From Ignicoccus islandicus DSM 13165 (GTDB taxonomy: Archaea; Thermoproteota; Thermoprotei_A; Sulfolobales; Ignicoccaceae): a DNA stretch of 32,000 bases. The stretch is from positions 750,001-782,000 of the forward strand of contig NZ_CP006867.1 of assembly GCF_001481685.1 (NCBI RefSeq). Reading direction: 5' to 3'. The notes beneath the pieces are model-generated. The model saw nothing but the letters and a program-made list of their open reading frames with translations, did no database searches and was not told where the DNA came from. A program made the position numbers and the translations under genes. Positions 6,813 to 15,287 of the stretch are shown in pieces (within the stretch, counting starts at the first letter, position 1; every line of letters begins with the position of its first letter).

Positions 6813-8711
6813 ATGAATTTGCTAGATTTAATCGCGTGGGTAAACAAGTACGGAAAGCGACTCGAAGGGAGCGTAATTCAGAACGCCTACTACAATGGGA
6901 AGCTCCTCTGGTTGAAACTTAGAAGCAAAACGGGTAACGTAACTCTACTAATTGAACCCGGAAAGGCAGCTTACGTAACTTCTAGGAAGTTGCAAGCACC
7001 GGAGAGACTCCATCCCTTCGCTGGAGGCTTGAGGAAATATCTAAATGGAGGGAAAATAATTTCAGTAGACGTCCTAGGTCACGATAGAATTCTCTCGATT
7101 TCTATAATGGCTCGCGGAGAGGAATTTCGACTAATAGGTGAGTTGATACCGAGAGGCGTTATTACTCTAATAGATAAGGACGGGAAGATACTATATGCGA
7201 ACGAATACAAGGAGATGAGAGATAGAGTAATAAAAAGGTTGGAGAAATACGTACCACCTCCCTCGCCTCAGTTCGATCCCTTTACGGACTTAGACGACCT
7301 TAAAGAGAGAATTTCTAAGGGTAAGGACGTAGTTAGGGGCCTGGTTCTAGGCCAAAAACTCCCGGCAGACGTAGCCGAGGAAGTAATTGCTAGAGCGAAC
7401 GTGGACAAATCGAAGAAACCTAGAGACCTTACCGAAGATGAAGTAGAAGAACTTAGGAAAGCCATAAGGGAGGTATATGAGGAATCGATGCTCGGAAAGG
7501 GCTACCTTTACTACTTGAACGGAAGACTTTACGCTTTCGAACCGTTTAAGAGCGTCCTCCTAACTGAAAGCGGCTTCCACTTCGAGGAGGGTGACTTCAA
7601 TGAGGTGCTTGATAAGTACTTTACTGAGTTCGAAGGAGAAAGCGTGGAGGAGGACGTTCAAGAGAGAATAGAAATAGAAGTGGAAAAATTGAAAAAAGCA
7701 ATGGAAAAACAGAAGGCTTTAGTTGAGGAATACAAGAGGAGAGCCGAGGAATATAGGGAACTGGCCACCAAGATAGCTCTTAACTATGCTGAAGTAGAGG
7801 AACAATTAAGAAAGGGAAGGAAAATAAAGGTGGACGATATAGAGGTGGAAGTTCCACCTAAGTTAACCTTAGATGAGTTCATTAGAGAACTATACTCGAA
7901 GGCCACGAACTACGAAAAGAAGTATAAGAAGGCCCTTAAAGCCCTGGACGAATTAAAGAAGCAATTAGAAGACGTCGAAACTAAGGTCTTGGAGGAAATA
8001 GCCAAGGAAAAGGCAAAGGTAAGGAGGAGAGAATGGTATGAGAAGTATCACTGGCTAATAACTAGGAACGGTCTCCTAGCGATAGGCGGGAGGGACGCCT
8101 CCCAGAACGAGGCGGTAGTTAGGAGATACCTCGAGGAGGAGGATTACTTCCTTCACGCAGAGGTCCAAGGAGCTCCTGCAGTAGTGCTGAAAGGAGAGGC
8201 CACTGAAGCCGATCTTTACGACGCAGCGTGTCTAACTGCTTGTTACTCGAAGGCTTGGAAGGACGGAAGGGCTTCCGTAGACGTGTTTTACGTAAAGGGC
8301 TCGCAAGTAAGCAAGAGCCCCCCTTCAGGCCAATACGTAGCTAAGGGTGCATTCATAATAAAGGGCCGTAGGGAACACGTGAGGAACGTTCCGCTAAGGC
8401 TGGGTATAGGTATCGAGCTCTTCGAGGGCTCGCCTAGGGTTATAGTTGGACCCCCCGACCTAATCAAAGAGAGATCCGTGGTTTACGCTATCTTAGTTCC
8501 AGGAGACGAGGAAAAGAGGAAGATAGCGGAGAGGTTAAAGAAGGTCTGGACCTCTAAGATCGAAGATCCTCAAATAAGGGGCTTAATAGAAGGCATCGAT
8601 ATCAATGAAATAGTTCAGAGAATACCGGGCAAGGCTAACGTAATTAAAATAGGCAAGGGTGAGAAGTCCCAAAACCTCCCAAGCGAGGAGACGAGGGGGA
8701 CTAGCGCTTGA
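6813..8711 (+). CDS. NFACT-family protein (archaeal Rqc2/RqcH/FbpA-like ribosome quality-control factor)
   Basis: N-terminal NFACT-N-like region, long charged coiled coil, and NFACT-R/DUF814 block YHWLITRNGLLAIGGRDASQNEAVVRRYLEEEDYFLHAEVQGAPAVVLK. I place the start at the ATG at 6813 (MNLLDLIAW...). The 6588 TTG extension is low-complexity and sits in the divergent promoter region. Confidence 0.85.
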   Translation: MNLLDLIAWVNKYGKRLEGSVIQNAYYNGKLLWLKLRSKTGNVTLLIEPGKAAYVTSRKLQAPERLHPFAGGLRKYLNGGKIISVDVLGHDRILSISIMARGEEFRLIGELIPRGVITLIDKDGKILYANEYKEMRDRVIKRLEKYVPPPSPQFDPFTDLDDLKERISKGKDVVRGLVLGQKLPADVAEEVIARANVDKSKKPRDLTEDEVEELRKAIREVYEESMLGKGYLYYLNGRLYAFEPFKSVLLTESGFHFEEGDFNEVLDKYFTEFEGESVEEDVQERIEIEVEKLKKAMEKQKALVEEYKRRAEEYRELATKIALNYAEVEEQLRKGRKIKVDDIEVEVPPKLTLDEFIRELYSKATNYEKKYKKALKALDELKKQLEDVETKVLEEIAKEKAKVRRREWYEKYHWLITRNGLLAIGGRDASQNEAVVRRYLEEEDYFLHAEVQGAPAVVLKGEATEADLYDAACLTACYSKAWKDGRASVDVFYVKGSQVSKSPPSGQYVAKGAFIIKGRREHVRNVPLRLGIGIELFEGSPRVIVGPPDLIKERSVVYAILVPGDEEKRKIAERLKKVWTSKIEDPQIRGLIEGIDINEIVQRIPGKANVIKIGKGEKSQNLPSEETRGTSA

Positions 8712-10063
8712 GCGTCTGTCCATTTGAGTGGCGATACGGAAGCGATGAAATGAGGAAGATCTGGAGCCTCCAGAATAGGCTAAAGGTTATGGTCGAGATA
8801 GAAAGGGCTCTATTGAAAGCGTTGGTAGAAGCCGGTCTAATACCGAGGGTCAATTACGAGGAGCTTCGAAAGGTGGAAGTGAATCCCCGAGAGGTACTTG
8901 AGCTGGAAAGGGAACTCAAACACGACGTCATGGCCTTCACTGAAGCTTTAAGGAGCAAGCTCGATCCGGAAACTGGCAAGTACGTCCATTTAGGTGCCAC
9001 GAGTTACGACATAGTAGACACAGCTTGGGCCTTACAAATAAGAGACGCTCTAGCTCTAATCTACGATAAATTGAAGAGAGTAATCGAGAAGCTCTCTTGT
9101 ATGGCTATTGAATATAAGGACCTAGTCTCTCTTGGCAGGACTCACGGCCAATGGGCTCTACCCATAACCATAGGTTTCAAATTCGCTAATTACGTTTACG
9201 AACTAACTCGCTCTTACGAGCGTTTGAGGGAAACGGAGAGGAGAGTAGTCCGGCTGAAAATGAGCGGCGCCGTAGGAACGATGGCTGCGTGGGGAGGTAA
9301 GGGACTTCTAATTGAGAAAATTGTTGCCGAGGAACTGGGCTTGGAACCTCACGTAATTTCGACGCAAGTGGCCCCTAGGGACGGATTCGCTGAATTGATA
9401 TCGAATCTGGCAATACTCTCTTCAGTGCTTGACCGATTCGCCTTAGAGGTAAGGGAATTAAGCCGGCCGGAAATAAGCGAAATAGTTGAAGGCGTTGAGA
9501 AAGGGCAAGTCGGATCAAGTACGATGCCGCATAAAGCTAATCCAATTATCTCAGAGAAGATATCTGGGTTAGCAAAGGTCGCAAGGGGGTTAGTTGTAAG
9601 CGAATTGGAGAACGTCCCTCTTTGGCATGAAAGGGATCTAACTAACTCCTCATCGGAGAGAATAATAATTCCACACCAGTTCCTAATACTCGACGAACAA
9701 CTGGAGTCGATGCTGAAGCTATTGAGAAAACTAATTGTGAATCGCGACGCAATAAGGAGAAACTTAGAGAAGGCTGGATGCGTTAACTTGGCTGAGAGAG
9801 TTATGGTTTACCTAACCCTTCGGAAAGGGTTAGCCAGGAACGATGCACACAAACTCGTTATGAACTCAGTAAGGGAGTACGGTAGTTTGGAAGAGGCCCT
9901 TAAAGGGGAACTTGGAAAGTACTTAAGTGAAAGCGAGTTGAAGGAGTTATGCGATCCAACTACGTACTTGGGTAACGTAAGTGAGATAATAGATAGAACT
10001 ATAAGATACGCAGAAGAAACTTTAGGCGTAAGGTTTAACCAGTGTACAGATACACGACGCTAA
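8708..10063 (+). CDS. purB: Adenylosuccinate lyase
   Basis: FEWRYGSDEMRKIW N-terminus, fumarate-lyase signature GSSTMPHKANP. The TTG start overlaps the upstream stop by 4 nt. Confidence 0.95.
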   Translation: MSVCPFEWRYGSDEMRKIWSLQNRLKVMVEIERALLKALVEAGLIPRVNYEELRKVEVNPREVLELERELKHDVMAFTEALRSKLDPETGKYVHLGATSYDIVDTAWALQIRDALALIYDKLKRVIEKLSCMAIEYKDLVSLGRTHGQWALPITIGFKFANYVYELTRSYERLRETERRVVRLKMSGAVGTMAAWGGKGLLIEKIVAEELGLEPHVISTQVAPRDGFAELISNLAILSSVLDRFALEVRELSRPEISEIVEGVEKGQVGSSTMPHKANPIISEKISGLAKVARGLVVSELENVPLWHERDLTNSSSERIIIPHQFLILDEQLESMLKLLRKLIVNRDAIRRNLEKAGCVNLAERVMVYLTLRKGLARNDAHKLVMNSVREYGSLEEALKGELGKYLSESELKELCDPTTYLGNVSEIIDRTIRYAEETLGVRFNQCTDTRR

Positions 10064-12299
10064 CCGCTTTAATTCCGGGTATAGTTGCGTTCGTGTCCGG
10101 ATCTCTTAGGTCCTCTACGAACGCTTTCAATAACTTCAAGTGCTTGAAACGAACCTCAGTTGGTTTCAAGCTCTGAAGTATCGTATCGAAGTTATAGCCA
10201 GATTGAATAACGCCGTTGTATATTAGTTTATAAAGTAGTACTTTCTTTATATTAAAGAGAGGAATTAAGTTCGTTACGGCAGATAGGAGAACTACCCTTC
10301 CATCAACGCTTCTAGCCTCTATAGCGTTACCCGAGACTCTTAATGTTGAAGGCGATGGAATAACTAGTTGTACCGTCCTTCCGCTTAAATCTCTACCTAT
10401 TAGAAGGTACATTATGTATTTTCCGAATATCTGGGAATCATTGAGACCCCTTATTCGAAGCATCCATATGGACTTAGCGAAATCGCCCGCCCGAGGTATT
10501 CCGAGAATGGTCTTCGAGGAAGGTATGTATGAGAACACTTCGTAAGTGAACACGCAAGTTCTATTGGGCGGTAGCGCAAAAGCCTTAGCCAGATTTACTA
10601 AGTCGTCCTCAGTTCCAGTTAAGGCCTTTGCAACTTTAGAGATTTTGACCATGTTATACGCTAACGGATCAACTAAGGTGGTAGTGTTCGCCACGACGCC
10701 AAGCATGTATCCGTAATCCCACCAAGCTACAGCGAACTTACACTTGCCCCTCATGAATTCCAACGTCTCCGGAAAGAGCGGCGTGTAAAACGACGTCCCT
10801 GCTGATAAGAAGCTCGGAACAGGGTAGTTAATGGCGAACGTTACTCCATTCGATATGCCTATAGCGAGCGTTATCAGTCCCAGTAATATTACTGATGCGT
10901 GATAAAGTTTCTTTATATCGAACGACCTTAGAGAAAGGAACTCCCTAATTGACCAGTAAAGGGCTAAAGCGCCCCCTAATCCGAGCATGTAGCCTACTAA
11001 GGTCAGTAGGTACACTGAAGTGTTAACCGTTATCAAATAAGTACCGAAGAGAGCCATAGCTAGCATCGGTAAGGAAGCCACGACGTCGTTGCGACCCTCC
11101 TTCCTACTTATCAGTGCTACTGCGTTAAGCAGAGCTATTGGTGCCAAGATGCCTATTCCGAAGACGTTAGGAGCAGCCGAGACGCTGATGACGTTCCATA
11201 TACCTTGGTGTTCGGCGACGCTTTGCGCCAAGGGATCGACCTCTTTCTTTATCCATGGCATTAACATCATTACGTACCTTCCGGGTAAGAACTTGAATAG
11301 TATGGTAAAGTGCTGTTCAACTATTATTGCCCAAAGGATCAAGGCTAATAATATTCCGAACCATATCTTTCTACCTCTATCACTAAACTTTTCCAGAAGG
11401 ATGTATTCTGTTGCCGATATTATTCCCAGTAGAGCTATTAATCCTATAGCGGCATATTTCAGCTTAGTCATCCAAACGGTAGTTACCCACCATCCGGTGG
11501 CCACGTAACCTATCAATACACCTATCGAGTAGAAGGCCATTAATTTGGGTAGATCCTTTTCTGGAGTTATGAATGGAAGAATCAACAGTCCAACGATTGT
11601 AATCCCAACGAAGCCCAAGAAGCCGCTCCAGTAAGCTGACGAAAGTGAAAGGGTCAGACCGCCTATCAAGCCTATTACGAAGTACTTCCTCGGATCCCTC
11701 GTTCCCTTATTATATTCCATTACAGCCCATGCGTAAGTTATCAGGTACAAAGTTGAATAGAAGGTAGTTGGCGAAACTTTTTCAACGAAACTAGCAATGC
11801 TTCTCTGTAAGAACGCTTGTTGGAAGGATACAGCTAGAAGCGATAAAAAGGCCAGAAGCGGACCTCCAATTAACCATCCTAGCACAGTAACGGCTAAGGC
11901 GGTCAGTGCACCGAATACTGCTGGGAGGAGACCGACCCAATCAACTAGCCTCAATCCGAACGTCTTTAACGCGGGGTAGAAGAGCGCTCCGGTCATCGCT
12001 AGTCCGGGAAAGTCGGTTATTCTGAAATCCCTGCCCTCCGGCCACCACCACAAGTACCTCGTATTTTCCGGTGTTAATTTCCACCAATATCCCAATCCAT
12101 GTAGATAGAGCTGCTCGCTTTGCCAGTAGACCGAGAGGCTGTCGTCGTATTGTAACCATATTCCGAACTTAGAGTACTTAAAGAACGGAATTACGCGGAT
12201 GTAGAGGGATGCAACCAATAGGACAGCTGTAAGGAAGATCGCTATAATCCTAATGCTCTTCGGATCGATAGTCTCTAATAGCTTCATTTTACTTCTCAA
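10035..12299 (-). CDS. aglB: Archaeal oligosaccharyltransferase AglB (STT3 family)
   Basis: Multi-TM N-terminal domain, WWDYG motif (FAVAWWDYGYMLG), MxxI-type motif (NMVKISKV). 754 aa. The 3' end overlaps convergent purB by 29 nt. Confidence 0.9.
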   Translation of the reverse strand: MRSKMKLLETIDPKSIRIIAIFLTAVLLVASLYIRVIPFFKYSKFGIWLQYDDSLSVYWQSEQLYLHGLGYWWKLTPENTRYLWWWPEGRDFRITDFPGLAMTGALFYPALKTFGLRLVDWVGLLPAVFGALTALAVTVLGWLIGGPLLAFLSLLAVSFQQAFLQRSIASFVEKVSPTTFYSTLYLITYAWAVMEYNKGTRDPRKYFVIGLIGGLTLSLSSAYWSGFLGFVGITIVGLLILPFITPEKDLPKLMAFYSIGVLIGYVATGWWVTTVWMTKLKYAAIGLIALLGIISATEYILLEKFSDRGRKIWFGILLALILWAIIVEQHFTILFKFLPGRYVMMLMPWIKKEVDPLAQSVAEHQGIWNVISVSAAPNVFGIGILAPIALLNAVALISRKEGRNDVVASLPMLAMALFGTYLITVNTSVYLLTLVGYMLGLGGALALYWSIREFLSLRSFDIKKLYHASVILLGLITLAIGISNGVTFAINYPVPSFLSAGTSFYTPLFPETLEFMRGKCKFAVAWWDYGYMLGVVANTTTLVDPLAYNMVKISKVAKALTGTEDDLVNLAKAFALPPNRTCVFTYEVFSYIPSSKTILGIPRAGDFAKSIWMLRIRGLNDSQIFGKYIMYLLIGRDLSGRTVQLVIPSPSTLRVSGNAIEARSVDGRVVLLSAVTNLIPLFNIKKVLLYKLIYNGVIQSGYNFDTILQSLKPTEVRFKHLKLLKAFVEDLRDPDTNATIPGIKAVSVVYLYTG

Positions 12300-12378
12300 A
12301 CTATTACCCGGGCATCCCGACCGATTAACGGAATATATAGGGTAGCGTATACTTTCCTCTACTGGGAGTCACAGGAAA

Positions 12379-13014
12379 TTGAACTCTGAGGAAGTACCTA
12401 CCTATATGTTGCTTAAATCGAACTTGTGCTCGGCCATCACGAATTACTGGACCGTTATAGTATCATTCTCAGCAATAACTTCGTTGATATTCATTCCCCT
12501 AGTAAACGCGTTAGACATCTATTCACTTATAGTTACGTTCCTAATACTGCGTTCATTAATATTACTCTTGGCTAGATTAAATGTCACGTCTAACAACAAC
12601 GTACCAATACTTGATAGATTAAGTGGGAGATTGAGAATAGGTAAACTTATGAGTAAGAATCTATCGCAGTTCTCTCAAAAGGACTTTAAACTTCAACTAA
12701 TGTTCATTGTAATGGCTCTAATCCTAATTTCATTAGCCACGGTCACGAATAATTACGTTATGACCGAGAGCTTCTTGATCGTTTCAATTATAATAATAAA
12801 TGCTGGAATACTCTATACCTTAATAGAACCCTCGGAAGTAGCTCTACCGGCCGCCCTCTGGAGCTTGGGATCGATAGTCTATGCCCTCGTTGAGTTATAC
12901 TATACGGGATTACCATTGGTGTACGTCCTCAGTATTATAGTCACTAGCGACGTCTTCGCGATCTTAGGATTAAACGCAAAGGGGATAGAAGAATGCGTGA
13001 ATGCGATGAAATAG
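12379..13014 (+). CDS. Hypothetical polytopic membrane protein (start could also be the ATG at 12406)
   Basis: Several hydrophobic helices, no recognisable family. Visibly more A/T-rich than its neighbours. TATA-like aatatatag at about 12332-12340. Confidence 0.5.
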   Translation: MNSEEVPTYMLLKSNLCSAITNYWTVIVSFSAITSLIFIPLVNALDIYSLIVTFLILRSLILLLARLNVTSNNNVPILDRLSGRLRIGKLMSKNLSQFSQKDFKLQLMFIVMALILISLATVTNNYVMTESFLIVSIIIINAGILYTLIEPSEVALPAALWSLGSIVYALVELYYTGLPLVYVLSIIVTSDVFAILGLNAKGIEECVNAMK

Positions 13015-13322
13015 CCAAGAAACTAAAGGAGGTGGAAATTAATCCAACGAGGGCGTCGATACTTACTTATTTGAGTATAGTCGGTGAGGCTAAGCTGAAG
13101 GACCTATCCTCCGCTTTGGGTCTATCTAAGTCAGTTACGTGGAAACACGTCAAAGAGATGAAATCTAAAGGATTGTTAGCGGTAAGGTATACGTTAGGTT
13201 CCCACCCAGAAATGATAGTTAGCATAACTCCCGAGGGATTGAAAAAGTTGATGGAATACCTCCAATTGCACGAAAAGGTCAAGGAGTGCGTTCAACGAAA
13301 AACCTTTGAGAAAGATTCATAA
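12993..13322 (+). CDS. Winged-helix (ArsR/MarR-like) transcriptional regulator
   Basis: PTRASILTYLSIVGEAKLKDLSSALGLSKSVTWKHVKEMKSKGLL is a typical ArsR-type HTH. Overlaps the upstream membrane-protein gene by 22 nt. Confidence 0.7.
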   Translation: MRECDEIAKKLKEVEINPTRASILTYLSIVGEAKLKDLSSALGLSKSVTWKHVKEMKSKGLLAVRYTLGSHPEMIVSITPEGLKKLMEYLQLHEKVKECVQRKTFEKDS

Positions 13323-13349
13323 ACCCAAGAACGCGATGCTACAAACGGA

Positions 13350-13423
13350 GGGCCCGTAGCTCAGCCAGGCAGAGCGCCGGGCTCATAACCCGGTGGTCCG
13401 GGGTTCAAATCCCCGCGGGCCCA
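13350..13423 (+). tRNA. tRNA with CAU anticodon (elongator-type; Met or, more likely, Ile2)
   Basis: Clean 74-nt cloverleaf folded by hand: acceptor GGGCCCG/CGGGCCC, D stem GCUC/GAGC, anticodon stem CCGGG/CCCGG with loop CUCAUAA, T arm CGGGG-UUCAAAU-CCCCG, discriminator A. CCA is not encoded. Confidence 0.9.
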
Positions 13424-13491
13424 CTACTTCTCGACGCATCCTAAGGATCCCTTCTCCTTTAATTCATTCACTCCCAAAATGCAATAACACA

Positions 13492-13499
13492 ATTATAAA
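13492..13499 (+). promoter_or_regulatory. TATA box (ATTATAAA) about 30 nt upstream of the rps27e start
   Basis: Read directly. The spacing implies a leaderless or near-leaderless mRNA. Confidence 0.5.
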
Positions 13500-13525
13500 G
13501 CCCCTCGATTTCGAAGCTCAATTGG

Positions 13526-13753
13526 GTGAAGAGAAGAGTGCCTAGGAAGAGGAAGCTCTATAAGATACTGGTTCCCGAGCCACGCTCTAGGTTCATTAAG
13601 GTCAAATGCCCAACTTGCGGAAACGAACAGATCGTCTTTTCACACGCAACTTACCCGGTTAGATGTATAATGTGCGGAACTCAGTTGCTTAGGCCGAGCG
13701 GTGGCAAGGCTGAACTAGAGGAAGGAGTAGAAGTAATTAGGGTACTAGAGTGA
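13526..13753 (+). CDS. rps27e: 30S ribosomal protein S27e
   Basis: Zinc-ribbon KCPTCGNEQIVFSHATYPVRCIMCGTQL with the flanking ILVPEPRSRFIKVK typical of S27e. GTG start at 13526; an alternative GTG lies at 13538. Confidence 0.9.
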   Translation: MKRRVPRKRKLYKILVPEPRSRFIKVKCPTCGNEQIVFSHATYPVRCIMCGTQLLRPSGGKAELEEGVEVIRVLE

Positions 13754-13758
13754 TGCGA

Positions 13759-13763
13759 TTTTT
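13759..13763 (+). terminator. Oligo-T (T5) 6 nt after the rps27e stop
   Basis: tgatgcgaTTTTTcg. Confidence 0.4.
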
Positions 13764-13826
13764 CGATTAAGTTATAGGGACAGATATTTATTCGCAATAT
13801 AGCTCAGTAACCTAAGGGTTCATATC

Positions 13827-15287
13827 ATGCACGTTGCTAGTAGCCTAAGAAGCGTCAGGAGCGAGACGCTACGAAGACTCAAGGAAGAGAGTATAGATAC
13901 GCCGGACTACGAAGTTATAGACGCTCCCAAACCTGAACTATACAAGTTTATGTTCCCCTTCAAATCAGCACCCAGGATTTTCTTTGATGGTATAATACTA
14001 CATACCGAACTTCCTAAGGAAATATGGATTACCGATACTACTTTCAGAGACGGTCAGCAAGCCAGGGAACCATATACAGTCGAACAGATGGTCCAGCTAT
14101 ATAAGTACCTTCACGAACTAAGTGGTCCGAACTGTAAGGTTCTAACTAGCGAATTCTTCCTCTATACGGAAAAAGATAGGAAGGCCGTGAGGGAGATAAA
14201 GAACTTAGGCTACAATTGTCCGAAAGTTACTGCTTGGATTAGGGCCAATAAGGAGGAATTGAAACTCGTTAAGGAAGCCGGGATAGAGGAAACGGGCATA
14301 CTTTCCTCCATTAGCGATTACCACATCTACTTCAAGTTCAAGTCCAGTAGGAGAAAGGTAATAGACAAATACTTGAGCGTAGTGGAGGAAGCACTTAAGA
14401 TGGATATAGTTCCTAGGGTTCACTTAGAGGACATAACTAGGGCGAACGTATTCGAGGTGGTCGTCCCATTCGTAAAGAAGCTAATGAAGTTAAGTGAGAA
14501 ATACGGGCTACCGGTAAAGGTTAGGTACCCCGATACGCTCGGCGTAGGAGTTCCGCTACCCGAAGCGATGTTGCCTAGGAGCATACCTAAGCTAACGTGG
14601 GTACTAAGGCACGTTTGCGGAGTGCCCTCGAAGTGGCTGGAATTCCACGGCCATAACGACTTCCATCTAGGGGTAGCGAACGCTATGAGCGCTTGGCTTT
14701 ACGGAGCGGCCTTAAACAACGGAACCCTATTGGGTATAGGTGAAAGGGCTGGCAACGTTCCAATAGAAGCACTAGTCTTCATTTACGCCCAGCTCAAACA
14801 CGGCTTCGATGGAATGAATACCAAAGTAATCAAGGAAATAGCCGAATACTATCGCAAAGAGCTCGGTTACGAGGTACCGCCCTACTATCCGATTGTTGGT
14901 AGGAACTTCGCCACTACTAGAGCCGGAATACACGCAGATGGACTCCTCAAGAACCCTGAGACGTACTTACCATTCGATCCCGAGGAATTGTTGGGAGTCA
15001 AGCCCGGAATAGCGATAACCCCCTATGCCGGGTTGGCTGGAATAGTTTATTGGATAAACAAGACCTTTGAATTGAAGGACGATGAAAAGGTAGACAAAAA
15101 GGATCCAAGGGTACAAGAGATCTATAGAGATGTCATGAAACAGTTCGAACATGGTAGATTGACTGCGTTAAGCGACTTAGAGATGTTAATGTTGGTAAAG
15201 AAACACATGCCCGACCTAGTTGAGAAGTACTTGGACAGGCTACCGGACGATCTAAAGATAAGGCTCTTTTCAAGTAATTCTAAGTAA
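13827..15287 (+). CDS. DRE-TIM metallolyase of the isopropylmalate/homocitrate/citramalate synthase family (candidate Re-citrate synthase-type enzyme)
   Basis: ITDTTFRDGQQ substrate/metal motif, EFHGHNDFHLGVANAMSAW (HxH metal ligands), GIGERAGN. No biotinyl or LeuA regulatory domain seen. Confidence 0.8.
   Translation: MHVASSLRSVRSETLRRLKEESIDTPDYEVIDAPKPELYKFMFPFKSAPRIFFDGIILHTELPKEIWITDTTFRDGQQAREPYTVEQMVQLYKYLHELSGPNCKVLTSEFFLYTEKDRKAVREIKNLGYNCPKVTAWIRANKEELKLVKEAGIEETGILSSISDYHIYFKFKSSRRKVIDKYLSVVEEALKMDIVPRVHLEDITRANVFEVVVPFVKKLMKLSEKYGLPVKVRYPDTLGVGVPLPEAMLPRSIPKLTWVLRHVCGVPSKWLEFHGHNDFHLGVANAMSAWLYGAALNNGTLLGIGERAGNVPIEALVFIYAQLKHGFDGMNTKVIKEIAEYYRKELGYEVPPYYPIVGRNFATTRAGIHADGLLKNPETYLPFDPEELLGVKPGIAITPYAGLAGIVYWINKTFELKDDEKVDKKDPRVQEIYRDVMKQFEHGRLTALSDLEMLMLVKKHMPDLVEKYLDRLPDDLKIRLFSSNSK

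Noticed and set aside
12300-13525. Integrated element at the tRNA-CAU gene
   Set aside because: There is no integrase or partitioned int fragment, no direct repeat of the tRNA 3' half, and no viral or plasmid genes. Only the compositional hint remains, reported as a low-interest finding.
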